NCBI GenBank assembly: GCA_918797485.1
Contig: CAKKNE010000005.1
Location: 1,860,001 to 1,924,000, forward strand
Source of the DNA: Pelagomonas calceolata
Taxonomy: Eukaryota
DNA length: 64,000 bases
Reading direction: 5' to 3'
Shown piece by piece: positions 42,661-53,469 of this stretch. Position numbers and translations under genes: made by a program. The notes below the pieces were generated by a model. That model did no database searches and was not told the origin of the DNA. It saw only the letters and a list, made by a program, of their open reading frames with translations. Numbering within the stretch: position 1 is the first letter of the stretch; each line of letters begins with the position of its first letter.

Positions 42661-43515
42661 GATGTGGAGGCGCCGCACTGGCTGCTGATGTATTATATAT
42701 TTGCTATTCGACTGTTTTTTGCGATTCGCTGCGGTGCAGCTTAGTTTTTAGCGCTGGAGCCCAAAGTCTTGCAACCCAGAGCTAGTCAATGACCTACTAG
42801 CAATTTGGATGAAAAACCGATTGACGATCTACTGGGGGAGGCCCCGCATGGGAGACGTTACGTGGCCCCACCGCACCACGTTGACTACATTACATCCTTA
42901 AAAATTTGCCCAGGCAGTTCCGCATTCGTCCCGGGCTCGAGAGTTCACGGTCACGCGCTCCTTCAGAGGCCCCTGTCGAGCTCGTTTTTAATTTGAGAGC
43001 CAACCCAGGGCTGCTAGCTTCGGTTCCCGCAAGGTACTGCGACCCGAGCTATTGAGTCAGTGTTGGCAGAGATATCTGGCTTACATCTATATCTCTGGAA
43101 TCGCAACAATCTCGGTTACCAACAATTTCGCCTCTGAGGCGCTTTTTGGCATCTCCTCCGTCGTAGCACGGGCGCTGGTAGCAGCGACAAGACCCGTCTA
43201 GGCCTCGCCCCAGAGGCCCCCAAGACATACCTCTGTGGGCCCGGGAATCTCACATCCCCATTTGTCCCATTTGTGTCTGAAGATACATCATATCTCTCAA
43301 ACTTCCACCTGAGGGTACGGGCAACATCGGAAAAATTTACTTCCTGAGTGGCCCTGTAGACCCATTCATCTCATTAATTTTTTTAGTAGTACATATATAT
43401 ATGTATATATATATGCACATGTTACTATAGCCATATATATATCATACTAGCCAGAGATTTTTTGGTCGTCGACCGCTCGGCCGGTTTTTCTGTTTACTTG
43501 CTACCCTGGATCGGA

Positions 43516-44166
43516 ATGCAGACACAAAATCACAAAAATCAAAACGGGTTTTCCTCGGCTTTTACCGCAAGCAAGCCACCCACCGCGGACGACGACGACG
43601 CGACACAGGAAGGCGACCCGCCGCCTCCACTGCCCGAGGAGGAGGGCATGCCACCGCCATCGCCGCCGGACGAGACCGACGAGCAGCAGCCGCCGCCGGG
43701 CCTGGCTCCGCCGAGCCCTGAGCCGAGCGTGCAGCCGCGTGGGACGAAGTCGAAGCGCGACGGCACGTCCGTGGGCACGTTGATGCGGTCGCCGCCCAAG
43801 AGAGCGGACGACGATGAAGGCATAGCGAAGTCCCCCGCGAGCAAGGTCCCTTTGGTGGAGTATGATAGCGACGCCGAGGACGACGGCGACGCCCTGGCGC
43901 AGCTGCCTCGGGCCACTGATCCGGCCGAGAGCGAGCCGGTCGAGATGGAGGCCGAGTCCACGACGACGATGGAGGCCGCCGGGCCGGCGCCCACCGTGAC
44001 GGACTACACGGCCCAGGCCGACGTTCTGCTCGAGCTTCTCAGTACGAGGTACCGCCGAACGGCGGACCGGGCCCGCGTTATCGAGGCACTCACGGCGAGT
44101 GGCGGTGCCTACCTTGCCGCCGCTCATTGGCTCGACACCCAAGGACACCTTCGTTCCGTGTCGTGA
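43516..44166 (+). CDS. Hypothetical acidic/Pro-rich protein with a C-terminal UBA-like helix bundle; start uncertain
   Basis: Open frame ending in DRARVIEALTASGGAYLAAAHWL. Confidence 0.4.
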   Translation: MQTQNHKNQNGFSSAFTASKPPTADDDDATQEGDPPPPLPEEEGMPPPSPPDETDEQQPPPGLAPPSPEPSVQPRGTKSKRDGTSVGTLMRSPPKRADDDEGIAKSPASKVPLVEYDSDAEDDGDALAQLPRATDPAESEPVEMEAESTTTMEAAGPAPTVTDYTAQADVLLELLSTRYRRTADRARVIEALTASGGAYLAAAHWLDTQGHLRSVS

Positions 44167-44475
44167 GGCGCGCGGTAGTGCCTAAGCGTCTTAGTTCGTT
44201 CGAGCCTACCACGGGGAGCCAGAACTTGCTCAAGTCGTGTCTCGACACGCGATGCCGAGGCGAGCATAGGCCTCGGACGGATAGCCCCTCATTTTTCGAC
44301 TGTTGCGATGAGAGCCAGCTGCAGTGGCATCAAGTCCTCGTCCTACGCGCGGCACCAGCGCAGCCGCCGGACTAGGGCGTCGCCCAGCGCGTACGCCAGC
44401 CCTCTTCTCGCGCTCGAGCAGCTGTCAATTTTTTTCGGCGCGGCGCCGCGGCAGCGTAACAGACAACAGACGCCA

Positions 44476-44736
44476 ATGGCTCAGCCGAAGATCACCGACG
44501 CCGAGATCGCCGGGATGGACGCGCTCTTCGGCCCGCCGCCGTCGCCGCCGCGGCGGCGGCCGCTCGGCTCCCCCAACCTGCCGCCCAGGCCGGAGCCGTT
44601 CGCCAAGCCGCCGCCGCCGCGCACCGCCGACAAGCCCCCCGTCGTCGTCGAGAACGTGCCGTCGAACGAGGCGCCGCCGCTGCGTGAGCCCGCGCGGCGC
44701 GAATTCTCGGCGACGGCGGCCGACGTCGCGGACTGA
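44476..44736 (+). CDS. Small Pro-rich hypothetical protein
   Basis: ATG 44476 MAQPKITDAEIAGMDALF..., typical codon use. Confidence 0.5.
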   Translation: MAQPKITDAEIAGMDALFGPPPSPPRRRPLGSPNLPPRPEPFAKPPPPRTADKPPVVVENVPSNEAPPLREPARREFSATAADVAD

Positions 44737-44810
44737 GAGACCGCGGCGTCAGCCACCCGCGTCCATCCTCCTCCAACCCCTAATATTGTTAAGTTACCTG
44801 TACACAACGC

Positions 44811-45053
44811 CTAGTGGCCCTTCGCGTCGGGCGCGCCGTCCATCTGCGACGTGGACATGCCCAGGGCTTTCCGCACCGGCGGCACGACGACGCACATGCC
44901 GCAGCCCACCGTGCCGAGCAAACAACTGAAGAAGACGATGGGCTCGCGGTCCATCAACCGCACGACCCAGCCTCTAGCCTGGGTGGCGGTGAGGAACTGC
45001 GCGGTCATGAGCGCCGAACTCAGCGCCACGAAGGCGTGGTTGCCGATGGACAT
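44811..45053 (-). CDS. NDUFA3: Complex I accessory subunit B9/NI9M (NDUFA3-like)
   Basis: REPIVFFSCLLGTVG..VVVPPVRKALG matches the NI9M/B9 pattern. Confidence 0.7.
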   Translation of the reverse strand: MSIGNHAFVALSSALMTAQFLTATQARGWVVRLMDREPIVFFSCLLGTVGCGMCVVVPPVRKALGMSTSQMDGAPDAKGH

Positions 45054-45633
45054 GGTTCTGATTTGGTCTTCTTTGATCGGCGGCGGCGCGCGGCGCGGGC
45101 GCGGGTGGAGCGCTTGAGCCCAGCAGTCTGGGGCGGCGCTTGCTGACGGGCCGGCGGCGTCTCGCTCTTCGATTTTTGAAGCTCACACGCGCAGCGCAGT
45201 GCTAGGAGCCTCCGTTGCGATCCGTTGCGAGGGCTGGGCGGCGACACGCGTCTGAGCCGGTGTTGCTCAACCCTTTTCCCCAAAGCTAGTGTGTCGACAC
45301 GCTAGTTAACCGCCGGACCGGACCCATTTCCTCCCCAGGGACGCCGTCGACGACGCATCTGCCGCCGCGGGATCGCTTTTTGGACGACTTGGTCGAGACT
45401 CAGACATTTGCTTTTGGGGCTCATCTCCTTGGAATTATCGGCTGCGGGTGCGGGTAGGCCTCGCAACCGATCAGCGTCGGATATCGGCGCAATTGATCCA
45501 GCCCTCTGCCAGCCGTCGGTCGCCGGGGGAGAACGCCTCACAGCACAAAGGGTGACCAGCCAGCTCTGCGGCGGGCCGCGCCGACGCGACCCAGCGCACG
45601 CGTCGCGCCACCGAAAGAAAAACACAGAAAAAG

Positions 45634-47868
45634 ATGGACCGCGGCCTCCTCGCGCGCGCGACGTCGGCCGACGACGGGCCGACGCCCGGCTATTTATATG
45701 GCGAAATCGCGAAGATGACGCGCGCGTCCTTCGACGTGTGCGCCAAGGTCGAGGAGTACCTCGCGAAGCGCTGCTCCAATAAAAACGCGAACGTCAAGTT
45801 GAAAGCGCTCGTGGTGATTCGCCACGTCGCCGAGAAGGGCGCCCCGCAGTTCAAGCAGCAGATGGTTAGAAGGTTACCAGTAATAAAAGACTGCCAGCAG
45901 TTCTCGGGCCCGCCGGACCCGCTGCGGGGCGACGAGCCCTACCGCAAGGTGCGCGTCGCCGCGAAGGACGCCATCGAGGCCCTGACGAGCGACGACTACG
46001 AGCAGCCCGCCCAGAGCATGCAGGGGTTTTCCGGTGGTGGTGATGCTTACAATGATGGCCCGGCGAACTACCCCCCGCAGCGGGGCCGCATGGAGGGCTT
46101 CGGCAATTCTATTCCGGAAGCCGAGCCGACGACGTACATGGCCAAGGCCCAGCGCATGGCGTCGCAAATGGCCGAGAAGGCCGCGTCGCGCCTCCAGAAG
46201 AGCGACTCGGGGTATCGCGGCGGCGACCAGCGGCGCTCGGCCGAGTTCAGCTCCCACAGATCGATGCCGGGCGTCGGAAACCCGCGTTTTGGGGACGCGC
46301 GGAACGCGCCGCCTTCTTGGAAAGAGCGCGTCCAGGAGGGCGCGCGCCAGGCCGCCGACTCCGTCCAGAAGATGCGGTTCGGGACCTCGTCCACCGAGTC
46401 GTTCGACCCGTCCTACAACTACGCTTCCAATAGGGGCGCGAACGCGTACGGCGGCGGGACCTTCCAGGCGCCTTCTTCTTCATCAAGCCAGGACTGGGGC
46501 GACCGGCGGCGCGGGAATGTGGGCGGCGGCTGGGGGAACACGAACACGCCCCAGCCGCCTCCAAGGCAGAGCGCGCCGTCCTACGAAGCGCATACGACAA
46601 CTCAATCGTCGGCGGCGGGCCGCGCGGGCGGCGCCGCGACGGACGGCGAGTACGAGAGACACTTGGTGAAGGACCTCTGCGGCGCGGGCGGCACGCGCGC
46701 CGCGCCGCCGGCCGACAAGCTCCAGGCCTTCGTGGACGCCGCGGCGACGCTCGACGCCGACGCCGTCGGGCCGGCGCTACTCGAGGAGTTGGATGATGCC
46801 AAGCCCTGGCAGTCGCGGGCCAAGGCCTGCGCCGTCGTCGAGGCGCTGTGCCGCGCGGACGGCTGCGAGCACCACCTCGGCTACTTCTCCGAGGTCGCCG
46901 ACGACCTCCAGGGGCTCGAGGCGGCGTCGAATCTAGCCCTGCGCAAGCAGGCGCGGCGCATGCTCTCCGCACTCGGCGTCGCGGGCGACGCGCCGGCCGC
47001 GGCGCCGCGGCGCGCGCCGCCGCCAGCGTCGACGGAGGCCGACCTGCTCGGCGGCTTTGCGGAGCCGGACCCGCCCGCGCCGTCGCTCCTCGACGAGTTC
47101 GGCGGCGGCGCGCCCGCGCCGCCCGCCGCGGCGCCGCCCGCGTCGGCGCCGCCGTCGCTGCTCGACGAGTTCGGCGGCGGCGCGCCCGCGCCGCCCGCCG
47201 CGGCGCCGGCGCCGCCGCCCGCGCCGCCCGCGCCGGCGGGCCTCTTCGGCAACCTCAGCGTCAAGGAGACGTCGCCGCCGCCGCCGCCCGCGACAACGGA
47301 GGAGCCGCCGTCGCTGCTCGACGCCTTCAGCGCGGGCCTCGCGGACGCCTCGACGGCCGTCTCCGACGCCTTCCCCGCGACGGCGGCCGCCGCCGCCGAC
47401 GTCTTCGGGAGCGGCGAGCTCGCGCCCGCGGCGCCCGCGGCGCCGCCGCCGCCGCCCCAGGAAACACCAAAATCGCCGGTCTCGCCGGGCGGCGACCCCT
47501 TCGCGGCGCTCACGGGCCTCCCGCTCACGCGCGAGGACAAGTACCACGCGGCGACGGCCGGCCGGACGGGCCCGGCCTTCGTCGCGCCACAATCGCAGCA
47601 GCAGGCGTGGCAGCAGCAGCAGCAGTACCAGCAGCAGCAGGCGTGGCAGCAGCAGCAGCAGTGGCAGCAGCAGCAGTGGCTCCGGCAGCAGCAGATGAGC
47701 GGCCCGCCGTCGTTCACGGCCGCGCCGCCCATGATGCCCGGCCGCGCGGCGGCGATCCCGCCGGCCGCGCCGGGCGACTCGCCGTCGGGCTTCGCCTTCA
47801 TGGGCGCGCCGGCGAAGGAGGCCGACTCGTTCGGCTTCGTGTCGGACATGATCGGCGCGAAGAAGTAG
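45634..47868 (+). CDS. TEPSIN: Tepsin / AP-4 accessory ENTH-VHS protein
   Basis: ATS.DD.PTPGYLY.EI, VKLKAL, F.GPPDPLRGD, second VHS-like domain, DLL/DPF motifs, C-terminal SFGFVSDMI. Confidence 0.88.
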   Translation: MDRGLLARATSADDGPTPGYLYGEIAKMTRASFDVCAKVEEYLAKRCSNKNANVKLKALVVIRHVAEKGAPQFKQQMVRRLPVIKDCQQFSGPPDPLRGDEPYRKVRVAAKDAIEALTSDDYEQPAQSMQGFSGGGDAYNDGPANYPPQRGRMEGFGNSIPEAEPTTYMAKAQRMASQMAEKAASRLQKSDSGYRGGDQRRSAEFSSHRSMPGVGNPRFGDARNAPPSWKERVQEGARQAADSVQKMRFGTSSTESFDPSYNYASNRGANAYGGGTFQAPSSSSSQDWGDRRRGNVGGGWGNTNTPQPPPRQSAPSYEAHTTTQSSAAGRAGGAATDGEYERHLVKDLCGAGGTRAAPPADKLQAFVDAAATLDADAVGPALLEELDDAKPWQSRAKACAVVEALCRADGCEHHLGYFSEVADDLQGLEAASNLALRKQARRMLSALGVAGDAPAAAPRRAPPPASTEADLLGGFAEPDPPAPSLLDEFGGGAPAPPAAAPPASAPPSLLDEFGGGAPAPPAAAPAPPPAPPAPAGLFGNLSVKETSPPPPPATTEEPPSLLDAFSAGLADASTAVSDAFPATAAAAADVFGSGELAPAAPAAPPPPPQETPKSPVSPGGDPFAALTGLPLTREDKYHAATAGRTGPAFVAPQSQQQAWQQQQQYQQQQAWQQQQQWQQQQWLRQQQMSGPPSFTAAPPMMPGRAAAIPPAAPGDSPSGFAFMGAPAKEADSFGFVSDMIGAKK

Positions 47869-47923
47869 TAGGGTGGTCGTATAACTGAAATACTAGTATA
47901 TACCACTCTACACCAGAAGTACC

Positions 47924-48640
47924 TTACTCCTTCGCCTTCCGCCGGCGCTTGCGCCGCTTCTTGTCGCCGCCGCCCTCGGAATGGGGGTTCCGCGCCTTCT
48001 GGGGCTTGCGGCACGAGAGCGGGTTCGGCGCGCGCGCGCGCTTCTTCGAGCGGTCCGCCGCCGGCGGCGCCACGACATTACTGGAGACGCGGTCCTGCGC
48101 CCGGATCGCGCGCGCGACCCGGAACTCGTCGTCCGTTAAGCGGCCCTGGACGCGCTCGTGGCGCGCCGCGGCGCTCCGCGACGCGCGAGAGGGCTCGTCG
48201 ACGTTGAGCACCGTGCCGCTGAAGTAGAGGAGGGGCGCGCCCGGCACCCTGCGGAGCGCGGTTTGCAGAGCGCGGTCGTGCGTCGCGACCACAAACTTCT
48301 GGCCGTTGGCCTCTCCAACTAAATGGAGCACGGCCTTGGCCGCCGTGTCGCAGGCGCGCGGCGTGGCGATGACGCGGCAGCGCCGGCGACAGAACTCCAG
48401 CGCCGCGGCGCCGGCCTCGCCCCGGTTCCTGAGGTCGTCCAGCACCGGCCCCGGCACGGCGTAGCGCACGTCCCGCCCCAGCACCTTCTCGACGCGCGAC
48501 GCGAGGTTCGTCTTGACGCCGACGAGCGCGTGGTGCACGAACGTGCCGTCCACTAACAACGTGTAGGGGTCGCGGATGCCGTGCGTCACCTTGTAGAAGT
48601 GCAGCGCCTTCCTCGCGGCCTTGGCGCGGAGCACACGCAT
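47924..48640 (-). CDS. UTP23: rRNA-processing PIN protein UTP23
   Basis: MRVLRAK..FY....IRDPYTLLVDGTF, FVVATHD..L...LRRVPGAPL, KKRARAPNPLSCRK. Confidence 0.9.
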   Translation of the reverse strand: MRVLRAKAARKALHFYKVTHGIRDPYTLLVDGTFVHHALVGVKTNLASRVEKVLGRDVRYAVPGPVLDDLRNRGEAGAAALEFCRRRCRVIATPRACDTAAKAVLHLVGEANGQKFVVATHDRALQTALRRVPGAPLLYFSGTVLNVDEPSRASRSAAARHERVQGRLTDDEFRVARAIRAQDRVSSNVVAPPAADRSKKRARAPNPLSCRKPQKARNPHSEGGGDKKRRKRRRKAKE

Positions 48641-48987
48641 TGTTTTGTGTCGCTGCGGCCGGCGTTTACGGAGCTAGTTGCGCTGCGGAGCTGCAGTCTG
48701 CTCTGGGCGATGCCGCTGTTCCCGCTGCCAGTTGCGCGCGCTGGGCAACCAGCACTTGATTTTGCGCCAAAAGCAGCAGTGTACTTACGCTCACAATGAG
48801 CAATAAATGAGAGCTGCACGCCGAGCAGAGTTTTTATCGCGGCGCCTCGGAGGTACCGTGGTACCTTTATCGGTACCTGGTGGTACTTACGGTGACTCCT
48901 CGATGATGCGATTAATTTAGTTCTCAGGGACTACGGCCGCGGGGCCAACAACGAAAGTGCCGCGCGGGCAACGCGAAGACTACGAAC

Positions 48988-49996
48988 TTACTCGTTCCGC
49001 AACCGAGCGAGCACGCCCCGCAGGTAGGGCTCCGTCGCGCCGGAAGCGAGTAATGGGTCCCACTCGAAGTAGGGCACCGCCGCACACGTCCAGCCGAGCC
49101 GCCCGAGCAACCGCCTCTTAAACGCCGTGCGGCCGTCGACCGACGGACCGTCGGGCCCTTGTAGATAATGAGTTGGCCCGTCGAACTCCACGGCCGTCTT
49201 TGTCGACGGCTGGGCCATGTCCAGACTGAGACCATCTTCCGTCCTGAGCTCGTCCTCGTGATCCCAACCTAAAACATTCAACGCGTGCGACACGCCCAAC
49301 TGACTTTGCGACGGTCTTATGCTATCGTTCCAGAAGGCGTCGAGCCATATTTGTCGATGCTCCGCTAACACAGGTAACAACCGTTGATGGGGGCTCTCGA
49401 TTTGTAGATACAAGAACACCTGATACAATTGAGAAGAAGCCGCAAAGTCCTTCGACAATGCATCGATGTGAGAAGGTAGGGCCTCGGCCGCCGCCGCGAA
49501 GAAGGCAGGAGCATCCACGCCCAGCACGCAGTAGGCCCATAAAGTGTTCGCCAAGCCTTGCCCCGTGAAGCTCCCGATCGAGCGCGCCGCCGCCTCGTCG
49601 ATGGCATCAGCTCCTTCGCGGGGGCGGCGGTCGCCGCGGCGCAGCATTCCCGTAGCCAGGTTGCGGCGGCCCGCGCGGCCCGCCCGCATATCCGTAAGCA
49701 GGGGGCGGCCCGGGCGGGCCGCTCTGATACATGTAGCCAGGGGGGCCGCGCGCCCCGCCGAAGCCGCCCTGGCGCGTGTAGTGCCGCGGAGGCGCGCCAG
49801 GGGGGTCGCGCGCCCCGCCGAAGCCGCCCTGGCGCGTGTAGTGCCGCGGAGGCGCGCCAGGGGGGTCGCGCGCCCCGCCGAAGCCGCCCTGGCGCGTGTA
49901 GTGCCGCGGAGGTGCGCGGCCGCGGCCGTTGGGATCATACCCGTGGCGCGGTCGCTTGAGATCGCGACCGCCATCGCCGCCGTCGCGCCTATTCAT
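48988..49996 (-). pseudogene. RAP-domain (FASTK-like) RNA-binding protein, frame-disrupted near 49610
   Basis: C-terminal LDMA..AVEFDGPTHY..TAFKRRLL..LGW..VPYFEW and one QGLANTLWAY repeat. The N-terminal Gly/Pro/Tyr-rich frame stops at 49607 in a different frame. Confidence 0.65.
49737..49912. repeat. 60-bp tandem repeat, about 3 copies
   Basis: Lines 49741, 49801 and 49861 are nearly identical; encodes PPRHYTRQGGFGGARDPPGA. Confidence 0.95.
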
Positions 49997-50243
49997 CGTC
50001 GGCTCGCTCCTTTCCAAGACGCGCAGGCTTACTGCAAGTCTTCAGTGCAAAGACGGATAGCCTTAATCTAATGCAGCTACCGATTGCTTATCTCTGACAC
50101 GATTGTCGCCGTGGCAACGTGAATATTTCGCCTTCACGGGAAGTTTGCTATAGACAACTGAAACTCTGGCTTGCGCCCGCAACCAAAACAACTCATTGCA
50201 AAACGGGTTTCGACAAGAAACAAGAACTAGTTACAACACATAT

Positions 50244-53200
50244 CTACGGCAGCGACGGCTCCGCGAACACGACGCTCCCGTCGGCGCGTGTGAGCTTGCC
50301 CTGGCCCACGAGCGCCGGGTGGTCGTGGCGCCACAGCCCGTCGTAGACCGAGCCGTCCGCGAAGACAGCTATGCCCCGGCCCGCGCGCTTGCCCTCGACG
50401 AACGCGCCGGCGTAGGACTCGCCCGAGGCCCACTTCATGACACCCTCACCGTGGGGGACGCCCCCTTTGAGCAGCCCGGCGTACCTTCTTCCATCATCAT
50501 ACTTCAGCGTCCAGTCGCAGTCCTCCAGGGCCGCGCCGCGGTCCCACTCGCCCTCGCGCTCGACGCCGTCTTCCGTGGCCACGCCCCAGCCGTGCGGCTT
50601 GCCGTCGGCAAACACGCCGCGGTGCGTCGCGCCGGTCGCGGCCACGCGCGTCCCCTCGCCGCTCGGGACGCCGTCTCGCCACTGGCCGCTGTAGGTGCTC
50701 CCGTCCCGCGCAACGAGGTGGCCCGTTCCGTGGCGCACGCCGTCGCGCCATTCCCCACTATACTTGGACCCATCAGCATACGTCTGCGTGCCGGAGCCGT
50801 GCTTGCGCCCTTGTTGAAACTCGCCTTCGTACTGGTTCCCGGCGGTGTCCACCAAGACTCCAGTACCGTGGAACGCATCGTTTTTCCACTCGCCCTCGTA
50901 GGTGCTGCCGTGAATCTCCGCCCGGCCGCGCCCGGCGCGGCGGCCCTTCCGCCACGTCCCGCTGTAGCGAAACGCGCCGTCGCCCGACACGAATTCGCCC
51001 TCGCCGTCGCGCTCGCCGCGCACCCAGTCCCCCTCGTACCTATGGCCCGTCAGCGCCTCCTCGAAGACGCCGCGGCCGTCCCGCAGCCCGCGCGCGAAGG
51101 CGCCCTCGAACACGTCTCCGTTCGTATAACGCACTCTGGCGACGCCGCGCCGCGGCGGCCGCGAGACCTCGTGGGCCCGCGGCGGCGAGGGCGCGAGGGC
51201 CGACGACGCGCCTTCCCTTTCGTCGAAGGTGCCCGACACGCGCCGCGTCGGCGGCGTCGGCGGCATCGCCACGGGCTCGTCCTCCTCGGACGACGCGGAC
51301 GCGAACGCGTCGTCGTCGTCGTCGAGGCTGCGCCAGTTCGAGAGCGACGGCGCGATGGAGCTGCCGCTGTCGGACGGCCGCCGCAGCTGCACCAGCACGT
51401 CGCAGCGCCAGTCGCCCGTCCGCGGCGCGAGGTCCGGCCCCTCGAAGAGCGTGCCCTTACCGGATCTTAATCCATCGCTGAAGTCGCCCTCGTAGAAGGA
51501 GCCGTCGGCGTACTTCATCATCCCGTGGCTCCCCGACGGCACGCCGTCCTTGACGCGGCCCCCATATCTCCTCCCGTCGGCGTAGGTGACCGTGAACGCC
51601 GCGTCGGGCGCCATGGCGTCCTCCCTAAACACGCCGTCGTAGACGTCGCCCTCGCCCGTCGTGAGGACGCCGGCGCCGTGCCGCAAGCCCCCGACGAACT
51701 GGCCCCGGTAGACCGCCCCATCGCGCGTGCGCACGCCCTCGCCGTGCGCCTCTCCGTCTCTCCACTCGCCCGAGTACGTCGACCCGTCCGCATAGACGCA
51801 CGTGCCCGTGCCGTGGCGCTTTCCCCTCCTCCACTCGCCGACGTACGAGGTCCAGGCGCCCGCGTCGTCGCCGTCCGCGCGGCGCTCGAGCTTGCCCGCG
51901 CCGTGGAACTCGCCACTTTCAAATTCGCCCTCGTAGCTGCGCGACCCGTCGGCCTTCCGCCAGCGGCCCCGCCCGTGGAACGCGCCGTCGCGGAAGGTCC
52001 CCTCGTAGCTGAAGGTAGAGGTCGTCAGCGCTCCGCGGCCGTGCGCCGCGTCCTCGGCCCACTCGCCATCATAGGTGTAGTCCGGCGCGACGCACCGCCC
52101 CCGGCCCCGGCGGCGCCCGAACTCGTCGCGCTCGCCCTCGTACGTCTCCGTGAACACGGGCGCCTCGGCGGCGGGCTCCTCGGCCGCGGCGTGGGCGCGG
52201 CGCCGCCACCGCTGGAAGTGGGGCGCCGCTCGGGCGAGGTCGCCCCACGTTGTTGTGGAGCCCCGGAGCCGCGAGAGGAGCGACGTCTTCGGCGGCGGCG
52301 CGGCGTCGGCCAGCGCGGCGTGGAGCGCGTCCTCAACACATCTACGCGTCCAGGCGTCGCCGCCCTTGTACGCGATCGAGTAGAGCGGCGCGGCGGCGTG
52401 CGTCTTCAGGACAGCGGCCACCGCGCCGCTCGCGGCCGCCGCGGCCGCGGCCTTCGCGAGCGGCGTGCGCCGCTCGACCGTGCCCGCGTCGACGTCGACG
52501 ATCACGTCCGCGTGCCGCGCGAGCCGCTTGGCGACCATGGCGTTCGTCCTGCGCGGATATGGCATTGAGACGACGCCGCGGCGATGGCGTGTCTCCGCGC
52601 AATCGAGGAGTCAAGTGAAGAATCAACGAAAATTCCTGGGACGCCGCGACGCACGTCGCGACGCAGTAGCCGCGGTCGCTCGCGCCATCCAACGCTCCTT
52701 CCGGCGCGTACCTATCGACGGTGGCCACCGTGGCGAGCGGCTGGACGGGCCACGCCGCGTAGTCGAGCAGCGGGAACCCGCGGGCGCGCCACCGGAACGC
52801 GTGTACGTGGAGCCGCGGGTTGACGTCCTCAAGCGACCTGGTGAGGCCCAGAGACACCAGCCCGGGCTGGAGCGCGGCGAGCGCCAAACAGCACTCGCTC
52901 GCCTTCGCGGGCGAGGCGCCGTAGATGACGACTTTCGCCGCGAGCGCCGCGGCCAGCGTTGTGTCGGCGACCGCCTTCGCGCCGAGCCGCTTCACGACCG
53001 CGCGGCACGGGCACGCGGCGGCGAAGTCATCGTAGCGCGACCCGCACGCCTCCTTCGCCACGGAGGCTTGCGCCGCGCGCAGCGAGGCCCGAGTGTCGTC
53101 GTCGTCGGGCGGTAGCGACGCCAGGACTAGCACCTTCTCCGCCAGCAGGTCGAAGACGGGCGTCGCCGCGACGATGGCCACCGCCCGCTGCCGTGCGCCG

Positions 53201-53469
53201 CGCTCGGCGCCGTCGCCGCAGTCCGTCCGAGACGCAGAGCAGCCGAAGTACCGCCGCTCGCCGCTCGCGACGACGAACCGCGTCGCCGCCGCGTCGCGCA
53301 CGTCGCGCGCGCGGCTCGACGACGCCTCGCCGAGGCACGCGAAGGGCAGCTCCGCCTCGAAGACCGCCCGGCGCGTGGCGCTGGCGTCCTCTTCCGGGTA
53401 GATCCAGGTGATCTCGGCGCCTCGGCGCGCGTGCATCTCGACGGTGCAGACCCAGCAATTGTCGACCAT
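50244..53469 (-). CDS. AVL9/DENN-like domain + many MORN repeats; intron 52549-52654
   Basis: N-terminal MHARRGAEITWIYP..LPFACL (longin/DENN-like); a GTGCGT..CAG intron gives YCVATTNAMV..DVIVDV; about 20 or more YxGxWxxGxxHGxG repeats. Confidence 0.8.

Noticed and set aside
49737..49912. Tandem repeats (also 222-263, 9128-9241, 40981-41020) as CRISPR arrays
   Set aside because: No unique spacers, no cas genes, eukaryotic context.
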